DNA of 64,000 bases, taken from positions 7,939,112-8,003,111 of the forward strand of contig NW_002060945.1 in the NCBI RefSeq assembly GCF_000150275.1, in the 5' to 3' direction. Position 1 is the first letter of the stretch. Each line of letters opens with the position of its first letter. This DNA comes from Trichoplax adhaerens (taxonomy: Eukaryota > Animalia > Placozoa). Under the pieces are notes generated by a model. The model was given only the letters and a program-made list of their open reading frames with translations. It searched no databases and was not told the origin of the DNA. The position numbers and the translations under genes are program-made. Of the stretch, positions 27,201-42,500 are shown piece after piece.

Positions 27201-30200
27201 CAACCGAAATCGTCTACCATCATTAAAGCCTTGTTTAAACCAACATTTTGTCGTCGATTGAGGACTGTCTTTGAGTTGCACGCAATCAATGGCAACAGAA
27301 AGTAGGATATTCTCTTTTATATGTTCATTTCTAACATCTTCATTGTTTGTGATTGAATCTCCAGGGTTTAATTATACTCTACCATGTACTTTGTCCCCTT
27401 TAGACACTTACATGTTCGCGGTGAAATTCAGAGTCCAGTAGTAGCTTTGACTGAGTGTAATCTCCAACTAGATGAAGTTTATATTGGACTACCACGAAAA
27501 AGTCAAGTCACCTTAAAGAATCAAACTTTACTTCCTACCAATTATAAATGGAAAACGGTAGGAGTTTTGTCAGTAGTGCTAACAGTTACGAAGTGAAATA
27601 GATCAAATTTTTATCGAGCATAAATTCATTTTACATGCATTACTGTATGCGAAAAAATCAGTAATGATAAAGATATGATAGAAAGAAAATTAGGTGAAAT
27701 ACTAACAAAGTTTGCGTACAACTTAGACGTATATGTTGATTTGTTTTTCTCTTGTTGTTTCTATTATATTTATTATTTTAGGATGACATTGGCAAGAAAT
27801 GCACCCTTACATTTGATGCAAGCGAAGGAGACATTGGATCGAGACAAGCTATCAATATTAATTTGACGCTAATATGTCACGAAATGGTAAATAGAATCTT
27901 GACAGATTGCAATTTAAACATAATCGGTGATACACTATAGACAATATGATGCCTTACTCATATCTTTAATAGGGTAAACAAGAATTTACAGTTCCTTGCA
28001 ATATAACTGGCATGAATGATCCTGTTATCCTTAAAATTAAAGTTAACGTTAAAGGTCTTACGGTTGGCTATTCTACGCCTTTAATGGATGTAGCAAATAT
28101 AAAAAGGCAAACTCAACAGCAGCTAGAAATAAATGAATCTAAATCCTTAGATCTGAATTTTGGTACCGATGTTGCAATTGGTACGAACGCTAAGAGATAT
28201 CTGGTCATCAGAAATAAGTCCGCCATTCAAACCGAATACAATATTCGAGTTACTTACTTCATAGCAGCAAATGCCAATCTGGACAGGGGTGTTTATGCTA
28301 ATAAGAGCTCATCAAAGGTGGAAAGTAAGACAGGATCAATATTAAAGCGAACTGCTAATTTAGCCGACCCTCAAAGTAAATCTATTGAAAGAGCTCATGC
28401 AGCATATTCTGCAGCAATTTTAGGAGAGGGTCGTGGAACAGCTTTCGAGATCTTGCCGTCATCTGGAATTCTGGATGCTTTTGAAACTAAAATTATCACT
28501 ATAACAGCTTTTACTGACATGTGGGGAGATTATGAAGATAATTTGATATGTAGTATCAAAGGTTTAAATGATATAGTTATACCAGTGCAGTTAGGAGTTA
28601 TTGGCTGCCCTTTGAAATTTCAAATTGGTAATGTGGAAAAGAAAGGTCATCCAATCGTTCGTTTTGGCGCTCATATTTCAGCATCTCCTCCGGTCTCGCG
28701 TACGTTAAGGATTAACAATAGTAGTCCATTAGATATTCGACTAGATTGGAAAACATTTAACTTGATTAAGGGTGATCAGCAAGTTGTTGATCTGTTAATT
28801 CACTATGGTCAACCATTACCGTTGAATATACCTGATTCGGATAATGTAAAGAGTGTTTCCTATCGGCAGGAATCCTTAATTCCAATGAGTGAAACTTCAT
28901 CAGTTGTATCAGTTGACGAAAATAGGGATGCTCGAGAAAGCATCGTTAACGAAGAAGACAATATGAATTGTAAATCATTTATTTCAGTTACCGTCGATGC
29001 TCATGGAGGTAAACTAGCTGATGATCCATACAGAGTTAACCCAGCTCAATTAATTGTTCCTTCGCGTGGCCATACATCGGTCAATGTCACTTTTAAGCCT
29101 TTACGTTCATGTCAAGAGGATACAGACTGTTATAGTTATGCATTAGGTTACATGAGTTTAGATCAACCCGATGCAAGTATAGAAGGTAAAGTTCGTCGAT
29201 TGCAGGGTTATGAAATCCCACCGCTGCGATTTGACATGACAGGAAGTGTTCTAGCCGCTTGGCTTGAAGTCCACTCAACTGATGATGATGGAAACTATTT
29301 TACAGCTGCCTCAAGCGATTTATTGCTTAGTAATGGTCAGGTATTGAAAGAAACTTGGAAAGATGAACATTTCTCATTTACAAATTTAACCGACACACCA
29401 TTAAATTTTCAAATTATTTTGTCATGGCCGTTCGAAATTCGAGCTTCACAAACCAAGATAACTTCAACAGCTGCTTCTGCTAATCGTAATATTAGTAAGA
29501 AAGGGGAAACAAGCGCGATAGTTCGAACGAAAGATCAGTATACTTTGCTGCCTCAAACTAATATGCAGGTAGCTATTTACTAGATAATTAATGAAATTGC
29601 AAACAACTAAATTAGCCATTTTTTTAATACTTGTATATTTCACTATTACGCTACAATTTAATTTCATATCCAGTCTTCCCTAATATTGTTTTAATATAAT
29701 TATATGATAATTTTCTATATTTATAGACCAATATTGGCTTCTGTTTATCACTGGATATGCTACATCGATTTCAAGAATTGGAGAAGGACAAAGATAATAA
29801 TATTGTCTCCATCGTTACTGATGGTGAAAATAAAAAATTGTGTTTCAATGGTGATTTACAGATAAAATTCTCGAACGGAACAGTTCAGGTATAAAATGAA
29901 TTGAAATCTTGTAAAAATTTATAAGCGATATCAAAGCTGGATATCTTGCCTATAACAGATATTTCTAATATTTACCATAAGCTAACTTCATTTTTCAATC
30001 TTAGAATGTATCACTGTCTGCAAGTGTAGCCTTACCCACATTCAAGCTAGCCGAAAATTCACTAGATTTTGGAATATGCTTTGTTGGTCAAATACGATCA
30101 AAGCTAATTACGATTACAAATCCCACTATGTCAGGAACTTATTGGATATCCAATGTCGGTGAGTTTGAACATCGTTAGCATCGATAAGTTATGCAATAAA

Positions 30201-30709
30201 GTTCCGATCACTGTTGAAAGCTATTAATACATCTATGCTTTCCTCCTTTTGAGAAATAAATTTTTATTTGCGATGTTCAGTGGATATTAACTACTTGTTT
30301 TCAAGGCCGAGGAAGACTGACTCTTATTTCAATTTATGATTTAATATTCTTAGAAGCCCAAGATGAAGCATCGAAAGGCATCTTCACTGTTGAACCTAGC
30401 CAAGGCTACATCGAAGCTAATATTACTCATATTACGACCAATGCGGTCACAATCAAGGTTAATTTCACTGCTAGGTGAGTTTCTACGGGCAATAATACTT
30501 TTAAAATCCTCTTGATAACTTCATTATTTTGCTATTACCGTTGAATCCACTTTATTCATTTATTGCTATAATTGTGTCCTTTCTTTAGGCATAATATAAA
30601 ATACACGTCGAAAATTTGTATTAATGGTTTACTTGGCGAGACTTCGCAAATATTGTTCGTAACTGGCGAGGGTTCTTATGATGGAAAATATGAATCTATT
30701 ATTCATTAA
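24255..30709 (+). CDS. DLEC1: DLEC1/CFAP81 orthologue (ASH/PapD-like repeat ciliary protein), ~1675 aa, 11 coding exons: 24255-24485, 24651-24804, 24919-25148, 25302-27301, 27404-27557, 27782-27886, 27973-29568, 29727-29888, 30005-30158, 30354-30474, 30589-30709
   Basis: All junctions GT-AG and in frame. DLEC1-like motifs RPSS..Q.VAHILT, SELLKKHHLIAPEDY, HLKNPRH, IAPG..C...ITFTPDSLADYDD, GRRPPPVL, GGPGRFCIMP, VIGCPL, and C-terminal GEGSYD. Confidence 0.9.
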
Positions 30710-31976
30710 AATTGGAGATGCTAAATTAACTTATATGCATTATAACATTGTCTATGGAACTAAACCTGAAGAGGCTACGGGATTTTCGAAGCTAATTATG
30801 CATTTGTTGACGATACATTAGAACTTGTTATGATTAGCTTTATAACTTTAATTTTATTTGAGCTATATATATTTGTACAGAATTGTTTCTTTTTATAATG
30901 TATAATTAATGTACAAATTATCTTCAGTATGTATTTTGTAAATAATGTGAAAGAATGCCAGTGCGTAAATAATTTTATATTATTACGTAAATTACGAATT
31001 TGGAAATAAATTATTATTATAATAGAACAAACTGAATTACATCCTGTATGTAGGTCATTCATACATCAAGTATTAATATACAATAAGCAATTACAAGATA
31101 GGTTTTAATATTATAGGGATTTAATCTTATCCGTCATTGGCAATCACATAACTAATTTACTGTTTCAGTTTATTAAAATTAATGTTTATTGTTATGGTTT
31201 ATAAATTAGTAATGTATTCACTCTGTCTAGCCTCAATACGAATGCCCTGTGCAAGCTACAGCATGCTAGTATACGCTTATATTCCAGCTAGACCATTTAT
31301 TATTCTTTGTGGTAATAACTTAACTAGTTCATTTACGGTTTATGAAAGATATGGCTAAACTTATTGGTATCAAAATACGAATTTAGCAATATAGTAATAC
31401 GCGTTATTACGAATATGATTTACTTTGTATTAGCGTGCTTGATTCACGAATAAGTCGTACAATCCTATGACTCCATGGGCTGTTCTGCATTGCAGAGACT
31501 AAAAATACATCTGGTATAATAATTATCTCCTACATAAATCATACATAATTTGTTTCATAGAGATGCTAATACCAGAGTTTAACCCACAAGTAAGAACATC
31601 TAACTGATATCAAGCTTGAAATACTGCCTAGCCTATTTTCTAGCCCATTCACTATCTTAAGTTCAGCGTTAGCTGCACTTGTAGAGATGTCCCTGCCTAG
31701 AATTAAGCCCCGATGTTGACCATAATCACATCCCTTTATCACGACGCGGAACTTAGATTAATACCAGCAGCATATTCTAGGTCGCTATTTGACTTGGAAC
31801 TACCACTAATAAGCTATAGATTAATTCATTCTAATGGCAGTATCTTGTTCGATTATTTCATCCAGTGGTCTGCAGAGCTGTTATACGCCATTTTACCTCG
31901 ACCATTATCGATATTGCCGCTGTGGTCGTTAGCCCATAGACATATGTCATGTTTGGCTTAGTATACTGTCGATACT

Positions 31977-34866
31977 ATGGCAGAATATTTTGGTGAGTAT
32001 TTTATTACTTTTTTTGAGTTAGTGAATAGCATAGGTGCGCAAACACGACTTTATTTTACAGTCTAATGCTGTATGTAAGAATACTATAGCTGGAGTTATA
32101 TAGGAGCAACTGAGAATTACTATTCTGTCCAGTCCTTTTAGTACTTTTACTCCAATTTTAGATCAGCAGAACTGCAAGGAAAGCTCCGATCAACATCCAG
32201 CTATTGTAAATCACAACTTTACTACCTGATATAAGGCATTTATTGGCCGTGCTGTACACTAATAACTCTATCTCTTGCCAGGAAATCATGTCCGAGGATT
32301 TACAACAGCTGATTATCTCCAACCAAGTTGATAATTTATATGAATGTATTGATAGTTTTAGTGGTCGGTACCTTTTCTTCTCACATATCGATAGCAGCGA
32401 TGAGAAATGGGTAGTAAGGTAAGCTCGATTAGTCTATCATAGCATGCAAAGAGTGTTGATTGACCATTGACTCAGTTGTATTTACCCTATCAACTGATAT
32501 GATTGGGAAAAATACAATAACGAATTGGTAAGCGATGGTAGATTACCATGATTGACGAATCAGAACAACTAGTTGATATCTTACGTGATGATTAATTAGT
32601 GAATTAAATACTCGTATCTTTCTCATTCTCCAGTTGTCAGCTAATCTTTCATTCTGTTATAAAAGATGTTCTCAGGATACGAATACAGCAATGTAAATGT
32701 ACAGATTAGAAAAACTATCTGACTGCTTTTCTATATTACAGTATTAACTTGGTACGCCTTTCATAATTATGAGGGCTAATATTCCAGATAAAGGGAAAGT
32801 ATCAGTGATATTTTGAGGTAATATTGACTTTACCTTAAACTGATACTGATGAAATTACCAGGGTAAGGCCACTAGTTATACTCGTATAGTTATGTTGTAC
32901 TGTAATAAGTTCGTATAGTAAAATGAATGGATTCCGGCATGAGCCAGACGAAAACCCTCTGCAGAAGTCAAATAAACTTTGTTGAAAACGTATGGAGAGA
33001 AATCAATAAATCAATATTGCATGACGATGGAAAATAAAGTATTACGGGGTTGCACAAATGCTTTCGATGTGGAGTCTTTAGATTATACCTGCATATTTAT
33101 TGTAGTTGCACCAAAAATATGTTTATCCTCTATTCATTTCAGAACATAATTGGAGTAACTGCGATTTGCAGGATTTTGAGCAGTAGATTAGCTAATCTAA
33201 AATGATTTTAATACAAAGACATATACAGTAAATTGGAATAGCTTACGATCGCTGTTATGGAAAGAATTAGTCCAAGTTTCTAACCTCTTGCTTGGAAAGA
33301 TTTACTTGGCTCAGTACGTCTATTAATATTGTCCTTGCTCTTCCTTTAAGTGCTTGCAATGGTAAGACTGTTTGGCGCCTTAAAGCCGATTACAGCTATT
33401 TAGATTCTCATGTAAGTTTAAATTATGATTGTAGTTCTTATTGCATTCCTGTATTCAATGACTTTATAGTTGCATTATTTCTTGCAGAAAGAATTGGCGA
33501 CACATCTAACTTTTAAGGCTTATTTCGATTATTTAAAGTATGTCAAGAGAAGTATAAAGTATTGGTACTGTAGTTTGCAGTATATCACCATGACATTGAG
33601 CTGTCCTTGCTATTAGGCTCTATAGCATTCGTGTAATCAATCGAGTCTTATGTCTTAACTACTCGATACTGCCATAGAAATGCTTGTAAATCCAAAGAAA
33701 TCTCGATAGGACAAATGTCAAATCAACTCTCTTTAACATTCGGGATTGGAACAACATCGATAGCCTATAATTTAAGAGAGGCATCTGCGAATGAAAGTAA
33801 ACAGGAAATATCTTATATACTCTTTAAGCTGGCTGATTCGGTAACTGATCTTCGCAAGGATCTCGATTGTGAGTACACTTAATAATAATATCCATCAATC
33901 ACTTCACTTTGCTTTTCATACTTAATTATACATTCGTATAACTACTGTACTAGTATGTCTTTCATTAAATAATTACAACTGGAGATACATATAGTACAGT
34001 CACTAGTTTCAACGGTGATGCTATAATAAATTCATTGCATCGTTATTAGTTATTACGGCTTGGTGGTAAATGTAATCTGTGATCAATGCCGAACTGCAAA
34101 TGCTATTTGTAGGCTAGATATACTAAGCAACTGTTATGTAACAAGAATTACCTAAATCTATGGCGAGAAACTTTAGTAAAGTAGAGCGAGTGCGTTACAA
34201 ATGATAAGAACGAGAGACTGATAAGCTTGGTAGATTGATATACAAAACTAGAAAATTATATCAAGTTATTCATGCCAATTATTGTTCTAAATTGATTTAC
34301 AGCTTCAAAGCAAAAGCTTAAGGATTTACAGACGAAGGTACGATCATACATTAAGATGTACATACACACAACAGCCTTACAGTATGCTTTAATAACTATC
34401 TAATAACGGTAAAAGGTATAGTTTGATCGGATTCTAATTTTATTAGCAAAGGTATTAGAATCGATGTGAATGCCACAGCTCATTTTTATTTCACTCGAAT
34501 TTAGGATGTAATTTCAAACGAAGTTTCCACCGTATTATTTGGTAAAAGTTACATCTGCTTGCTTTAAAATATGATGATTACCGAGATAAGTTAGCTATTG
34601 CATTTAGATCTTTACTTTTTCATTATAATAGGAACTCAAACGAAGAAATCGAAACAACCTATTGTAAAACGTAAAGCAGGTCAAAGTCTAGTCAATCCGG
34701 GTAGTAGAAAGTAAGAAAGTACCTTGACCGGGTTCTTATGGCTCAATTTATGATATTTCTAGATACAAATAACTTTATAGAAATTAAGTTTATATTATTA
34801 TTAAATGTTGACTAATATCATTGGATCTACAGGCGACGTATAGGAGGAGGAGTGCAGTTCGATTAA
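31977..34866 (+). CDS. PAXX: PAXX (paralogue of XRCC4 and XLF), ~227 aa, 10 exons: 31977-31992, 32162-32205, 32282-32418, 33351-33411, 33488-33537, 33678-33868, 34303-34337, 34505-34541, 34632-34710, 34833-34866
   Basis: Hand-spliced continuous frame with GT-AG introns. Head domain (..KWVVSACNGKTVW..; NACK..LSLTFG..IAYNL..), coiled coil (ILFKLADSVTDLRKDL) and C-terminal KRKAGQSLVNPGSRKRRIGGGVQFD*, matching the PAXX Ku-binding tail (human RRRCPGESLINPGFKSKKPAGGVDFDET). The first two small exons are less certain; an alternative ATG lies at 32288. Confidence 0.88.
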
Positions 34867-36552
34867 TTGGATACTATTTCTCAAACACCTACATCAACCT
34901 TTTTGGAGTAAATAAGTGATAATACTATATCTTTCTCGATCAATGACGTAATTGTTGTTTAGGTCATTGATATCATAGCTAGATTTCTTGCTTTTCTGAT
35001 TGTATAATTCTTGTATTAATATTCATTATAAAATAGTCGTGAAAAACCATACAGATAGAGTGGTTATGTTCGATATAAATGCTATAGTAAGTAGTCTTGT
35101 ACGCAAGATATCGATTTGAGTCAACCATCGCTTTTATTCAGTAAAATTCCGTGAATTGGCTTTTACCCGATGGGTCAACAATGAATAATGTCATTACTCC
35201 GAAGCCTCAAGTTCGAAATCAAAGTATTAGCTAAAAGAAATAAATATTGAAACATTGATATTCTTATATGGATAACCATACTATAGGATTAAAAACTTCT
35301 TAGTTACATCAATGGATAACTTTAATATCTACTCGCCGTACTTAATTTACTACAACTGCATTTTTTCGACAGATTTTTAATTTTATTAAAATAGACTTTG
35401 TAACAATTTTATAAGAGTTCAGTAACCTCATTAATCATATTAGATTTTTCATTAATTATTGCTATATCAAACTTTATAAATATGATCTTATTTTTGAATT
35501 TAGGAGTTGAACGGTTATAAATTTAACTTCTATTACTTCTTAAAATTTATCTGTTCTACCTGTGTGAATACGTATACATATGATATGCCTAGCGCCATTG
35601 AGGCTTTAGCAGTATTTTGGCTGCATTTGTACGGCTATTAAATATACGTATATATAAATAATTATAGTTATGAGAGTTAGTTTGCACTAGAGATATTATT
35701 ACGATTAATGTATGTGCTGCATATATTGTCTACGGCCTATTCAAAGGATTTCCTTATCCATGACGTGCAACTATTAGGAATACTCATGTATGATAGATTT
35801 TATAGAAATAATGGACGATAATGCGAATACTGATCTTGTATTATACTATATACTAGTATAAACTGATGCTCGTGCGTTCCGTCCATGTAAGACACTAATC
35901 TCTAAGATAATTAGTTGTATTCGCTAGGCTAGCAAGAATTAAAAAAATGTATCAGTAGAACTGCTAAGAATTTGAATAGGAGATAGTTACTTAGACAAGC
36001 TACGATAGTAATCTTACGGCGATATTATAGTTTCTTCATTGCAGGACCTATCGTCAGCGAGTGCCTAACTCCATCATATCACTCAGCTCACTTTAATATG
36101 TGTTTTATCACAAGGACTGAAAATATACAGATCTAAACAAGGATGGTACAACACTGAATCATCTACACTCAACTAATAGCGTATTTACTGGCAGAAATCT
36201 TACACAATGAGACGGATAGATTGACAATCAAAGATATAAAAAAATTTCGAGGAATTATGACTAATGAATATGAATCATAATAAGAGAATTAATTATTAGA
36301 ACATTAAATACGTCAAAATAAGTAACATACTTCAATAACTCAGACCAGGCTTACAGCTTACAGAGATTAATAGCCTAAAATGTTCACTTCAAACTAATTT
36401 CGTATTCAAATTTAGATTGTTACTAATCTATAGAATTAAACAATTTACGTAAATTTTAAAAACATTAAAATTCTATAATAGAAGGCGTAAAAATGGAAAA
36501 GGTATATAATATCGTTGATAATTGTTAATTAATTAATTATAGTATAAACGTA

Positions 36553-39500
36553 CTAGATATCTGTGAGATCGACTTTAGTAGGTTCTTTTTCTTCCGTGAG
36601 TGTCGTCAGCTCAGCTCCATCTTGGTTTTCATTTTCTTCAGCGCCTATAGGTCCAGAGATTTCAATCTTCTTCCTTTTGAAAAAGCCACACTATAGCACG
36701 GGACGAAGGTAAATAAATGTAAAATTATATTACACTGCAAAATCATCATTTAATAACCCTTACTTTCCACAAAATGTAGACGCATCCTGACAGTAAAAAA
36801 AATCCTGCCATAGCCGAAACAACAATTATCCACACTGGAGCACTTTCTATTGTCGGGGCATCGTACATTGCCTGTGTATCAGCCTAGAAAAGATAGAAAG
36901 CGATTGCAAAATCTCTTAATTTAAGTGATTAAATTAACTATAACCAAAGAAGAGAATTCATCAAGTACTTGAGCTATATTCTCTGTTTTGCCTCCTGGTT
37001 GAACTAAATATTTAGCTCCGATCGGCTCTAAGCGACCACGCGATGATAACAAAAATTTTCCTTCCTTTTGAATCTTTCATAAAATTGAATTTTGTCAATG
37101 GTACTACTAGTAGCACAACTTTTACAAACTATAATTACCGTATTTAATGTATTTTGCCAAAGACGAGCAACAAAAGTTACGTCAACAATTGAACGAGTGC
37201 CAGTTATGGTGCAGGTTATACGTTCGCATCGGATATTGGCTGAATCACAAGACTGTAAAATTTTCCCATTTTATTTTAAATAAGTATTGAATAATACCTA
37301 AAGCTAATACATTCATAAAGTTTCATTATATTCTGCATAAGAACTCACCAGTAGCGTTGCATCTGGTATATAGGCACGATTATTAACTGATAGTGTACTG
37401 CGTTTGTTCCTTAAACTACGTCCACTAGTTCTGGTACGATTCTGATAAAAATTGCGTGTACGATATATTAATTAAGAAAATAATTAATACTCACAATGTT
37501 AGTAAATGCTAAATTATCTTACCCTTATGCCTATAGGATCAATTAAATTAGGCGTGTAAGTGCAGCTTCCGTCAGCACCTGAGATTGTCTGAAATCAACG
37601 AAAGATACCTTTATTTGGGTATTTCTACTTCATTTCATAAATCTATGTGTGGCTTTACACGTATACATTATGTGATATATCAGTCAATGTACATTTTTCA
37701 ATTAATTATATACGTATATATTGTTATTACCGGTGGGCTTGTTAAGTACATCAAATATCCAACATTTTCGTACATTACAGGCCAATCTACTGTTAAGAGA
37801 AAGTTTTCTACGGGACCAGGACCGCGATTTTCTAGCTATTACAATATCAATAGAACTAGGTCGTTTAAATAAGTACAAACCGAATGAACTACAGAAGTTT
37901 ATAGCATATGGTGATTACCCTAAATATGTGTGTCACCGTTGGACCGATTAGAGGCAGGCTGGTGAACTCGCTAATGTTTAATGAACGCGAAACGTATCGT
38001 ACTAGCAAAGGACTGGAATAGCCACTTAGTGATAAGTCTGCCTCATATAGCACCGGAATGGAAATCCTGTTAATATTGTCATCTTGATTTAAATCCTTAC
38101 TTGCTCTAAAATTGAAATAAAATAATACCAAAATTATCACGAGGTTGGGTATTTAACAATCGTCAGTATTACATTATTTAAATGAACAAGTAACTAACGA
38201 TGAAACAGATAAGACCACATCTAATGCAGTGGTATCAATCGGAATGTATATCGAACGGACAATGAAATCAAATGTGATCTAAAGAGGAGAACAGGCGACA
38301 AATAAGATTTACCGAATAAAAAATATCAATGGTTTTACAAATGGCTATAAATCATCATACTTCCTCGTTTCTTGTTGTTGGATTGTTAAGGGAACATTTA
38401 TAAGTACTGATACCGCTATCGCGCCCACTTATTTCGCATGTAATATTATTTGCCGTCTGATGTTTGTAAAATTGTGGTAATTACACATAATCATTTAAAT
38501 CTACAATTCCAATAACGCCATTACAGTAATGTAATTAAATTTATATATTCTCCTTACCGTTTCTGTCACACGAATAAATGGGAGGAAATCGGGGATAGTT
38601 ATTAGAACCGATGCTAGATAAGCCGGTTCTCCAACATTTCGTACTCTCACATTAATAGCTAAGGTTTCGGTACTTCCAATAACAGCTCTAGTTCCACCGC
38701 TATAGTAAAAGAGAGATTATGATGATTCAAGAATTCATGAGTCAATTCGAAGATTTTATCGCGCTTTAACGCAAAGGTATTACAAGAAAAAAAGAATGTC
38801 TTTACTTTGATAGGGTATAATTCGAATTTATAACCAGATTCGGGTTACATCTTTCATTGCTACTGCATCCAATCACGAAACTTGCCTGAATCAATCAGCA
38901 AATATTAGATTTTTGATTTATAACAAAGACAGCAGAATATAATATAAAATAATACATGTTAACATAAAAACCAACATTGGTTTGTTGGACGGTTACAATA
39001 GAGGAATCGATAACAGGACATAATTCACATTGCTGCGGGTTCAATAGGCTGTAACCAAGTCTCAGATTAACAGGCGCGAATACCTCTCTAATTTCCCTTT
39101 TCTATAATATTCAAGCAATTTTCAAGGATTACTTTGTTGCTCGAGACATAACTATATCATACCATCATTCTTAATTTTGTCACCATAGCATAAGCTGGCT
39201 GCCTGAGGCAATGAATATTATTAGCTCGGCTGACAGTACTAGTAGCTTTCACTATGCCATTACTATCCACATTCTTCAATTTTATCCGATTATCTGAGTT
39301 CAACACTGATAATTCGTATTGAAACACTGTAATTGATAAACAAAGGAAGTGCATAAATTTTGCTGTTATGATCTTATGCACAAGATATGCTTAAATATAC
39401 CTTGGTTATTAGGTACTCCAACGCCTCCGTATTGAAAGCAAATTTCAACAACAACGCTAAATGAACGATCAAATATAAATATGGCTGATAATTATGATCA

Positions 39501-42500
39501 GATACAAATCATCGTTCAGTTACTAAATACCAAGTCGCCCTTTGTCCTTCTTCTATGCAATTAAAGTCGTTAAAGTTGATGTGATCGGGGATTACTTTAA
39601 CTGTAGCCTTGCTAATCATTATTGGCCGAGACCTACAGATGAAATTGATCAGAAATGCTAAAATCTCGACTATTACAAACGTTGCAAATATTGGTAAACC
39701 TTAAAATGACGGCTTTATCTGAATAGCCAACCCCCACTGCAATATCTACAAACAAAAAATAATACGAGCCGAAATTGTTAAGCAATCTTTAACTATTTCA
39801 GGTTAACAGTCCTCTAGATTTAACCTGGATAATTGTTGGCATCTACGTCTATGCCACCAGAGAGGGATACTCCAAATCCAACTAAGGAACTATCGATTGT
39901 TTTACCTAAAATTTTCTACATTGAACAAATTACATTCTAGTTAGATACCGTGACTACCAAACGGCTATGCAAGGTACAAATCATCACATTTAACTTGAAC
40001 TAGAATTACTTAGGTGTTAACAAGGAAATTAAAACATACCTGAACATATTGCGGCCGTACTCCTGTGGCAGTGCCATGATAAATATAGACCGCACCGCTG
40101 CTTTTCGGTTCATTACCGGGTGCACCAACAGCTATGTCTGAGTTTGGATTAAGGTCAACCCACATTTCAGAATATATTACTACGTACACTGTACACAATA
40201 CTATTAATTAATTAATTCCTGATAATTGAATACCTGGGAACCCATCAAGGTTAATGTCACCAATTGACGATATCGCGAATCCGAAACGAGCAAAATTTGT
40301 TTCAGGACCATATATAATGGTACTTGTATTCTTTGGTATACCACTCTATAAAAATTTTTTTGTGGAAAAGTTGTGAATAAGATTTATTATTAATATCATA
40401 CCCAAAGTTACTATAAATACGTAGCAAATAACATTTGTTTCTACCTTTGTACCCATAAATAAGTATACTCTACCACAATCAGGAGCCTCTTGTTTACTGT
40501 AGAATGGAGCTCCTACAAATAGATCTTCTAATCTAAAATAATAATTCCACAATTAAACTGTTGTCGATTTGTAGTGATTTGGCGTATTTCATCTGATCAA
40601 CGAATAAACTCATGAAAATTACGATTAACGAACCCATCGTTGTTTATGTCTATCGATAAAGTTTCAGAACCGAAATAGCTGCCAAACTGCGAAGCAATTT
40701 TCAATTTATTTAGATAAACAAATGAAGCATGTATGAGTAAGTTGTCTGGCTAATATTTTTCAATACCTGTTCACCCGAAAGCGAAGTATTCATGATCAAA
40801 CGTCTAAGTGAATCGCTATAAGATAGTATATGCACCTAAAATGAAAAGTTCCATTCTTAATAATTTATAACACGAATTAAAGATAAAATACTAATCCATA
40901 TTAGGCATTAAAAAGCATCAGACGAACCATGCCAATTTTATCTCCATCTCTAGGCGAGCCGGCGATGACGTCTTTATATGATTATCAAGATGAAACAATT
41001 TTGAAGTTTAGAGCAAGATTCTGACTGTTATACAGTATCATACGCTATAACTGCAAGCAAAATTTTCATATAAACATGTTTAATATTCCCTACATAGTGA
41101 ATTGTTGCTAACCGCTCCAAATGTTGTAGAGTAACCTTGAAGAAGAAATAACTCCAATTCATTGATTTAAAGTGTAATAATTTCCCCTTACTCTTACATA
41201 CGTTTGTACAAATACGATCAATAGTCTTACCAGTATACGCAAATTCGCCGAAATTTGTAAGAACGTCCGTGTAACTCATGGTAGTTACGTCACTCGATTG
41301 CTGTACTTTCGAAGTACTTTCAAAGTAGGACACTAACCCTTTTCATAAATTGTTAAGTTAATATTGACGCAAGCGAAAGTAATGAAAAGCGCTAAGCATT
41401 CTAATGATCTAGTAATTAACTTCTCAATATGGAAACGTGCAATTTAATACCTTGGAATGTTGAACTACGAACACCGATCGATCCAAAGTTTAGGAGTTTA
41501 CCATCCTAAAATATAAATATGAAATAGAGCAATTATCATCATATAATGTTATTTTAGTAAATAAGAATTCAACGCTCGAACCTTGCTAAAATCGATCGAA
41601 ATTCCGGCCATACATCTGACATAATAAGGCCCCACTAAAGGTAAAAATGGTGAAAACAGTGTCATAAAGATATTCTGTGTGAATAACAAATTGACATTCG
41701 GTGAAAAATTATCGGCATATTCATCTCTCTATTATACTTTCTCTAATATATCTTTAACTTGAGCTCACAACTGAAATAATACCACAAGCAAAAATGGCAC
41801 TTACTGGCAATACAAGGAGTGACATCTGCCATCAATGAGAAATTGGATGACCAAACATAGCATCGACCAGGCATTCTCGGCTCAACACTAGCGGAAGTTG
41901 CTTCTATGGAGAACTTGTGACCACATGCCTTGGATGTCAAAATAACCATTAAAGCATGTATAACGACTGTAAGCTAGATGCCTTAGCGTTATGATAAGCA
42001 TATGCAATGATGTTTTACAAAGTACATGTATGCACATACGCATCCACTGCAGACTAAAATAACAAAATACCGAGAATTGTCAATATCAGGATTTTCTTAC
42101 CACTATAATCCCATGACTACTTTGCAAAGATACCCCTAAGCACATTCCTTTCGATACTTCAGCATACGAACCTTTACCTGTATGGTTATAGCGAATATTT
42201 ATACACGTGGAAGTAATGTAGATTAGTAATGTATTTCCTGCATAAAATACAAACTATTGATATAGAATAAGTCAATTGATCGAATCCATTTAACCAAGTC
42301 TAAGCGTCATACTTTAGATATGCTAGAAATAATTTCAAATTTCAATCAAAGTATAACGTATTTCGAAAGGCAAACTTATTATACTGTGGTTCGTAGGTGT
42401 GATAATACTTATCACGACATGTTAAGTTTATTTACCGGGGTAGTACATCGGAATCTCTAGGCAATCGTTTCGATTACTAGCGATTGGACAACGAAAGATA

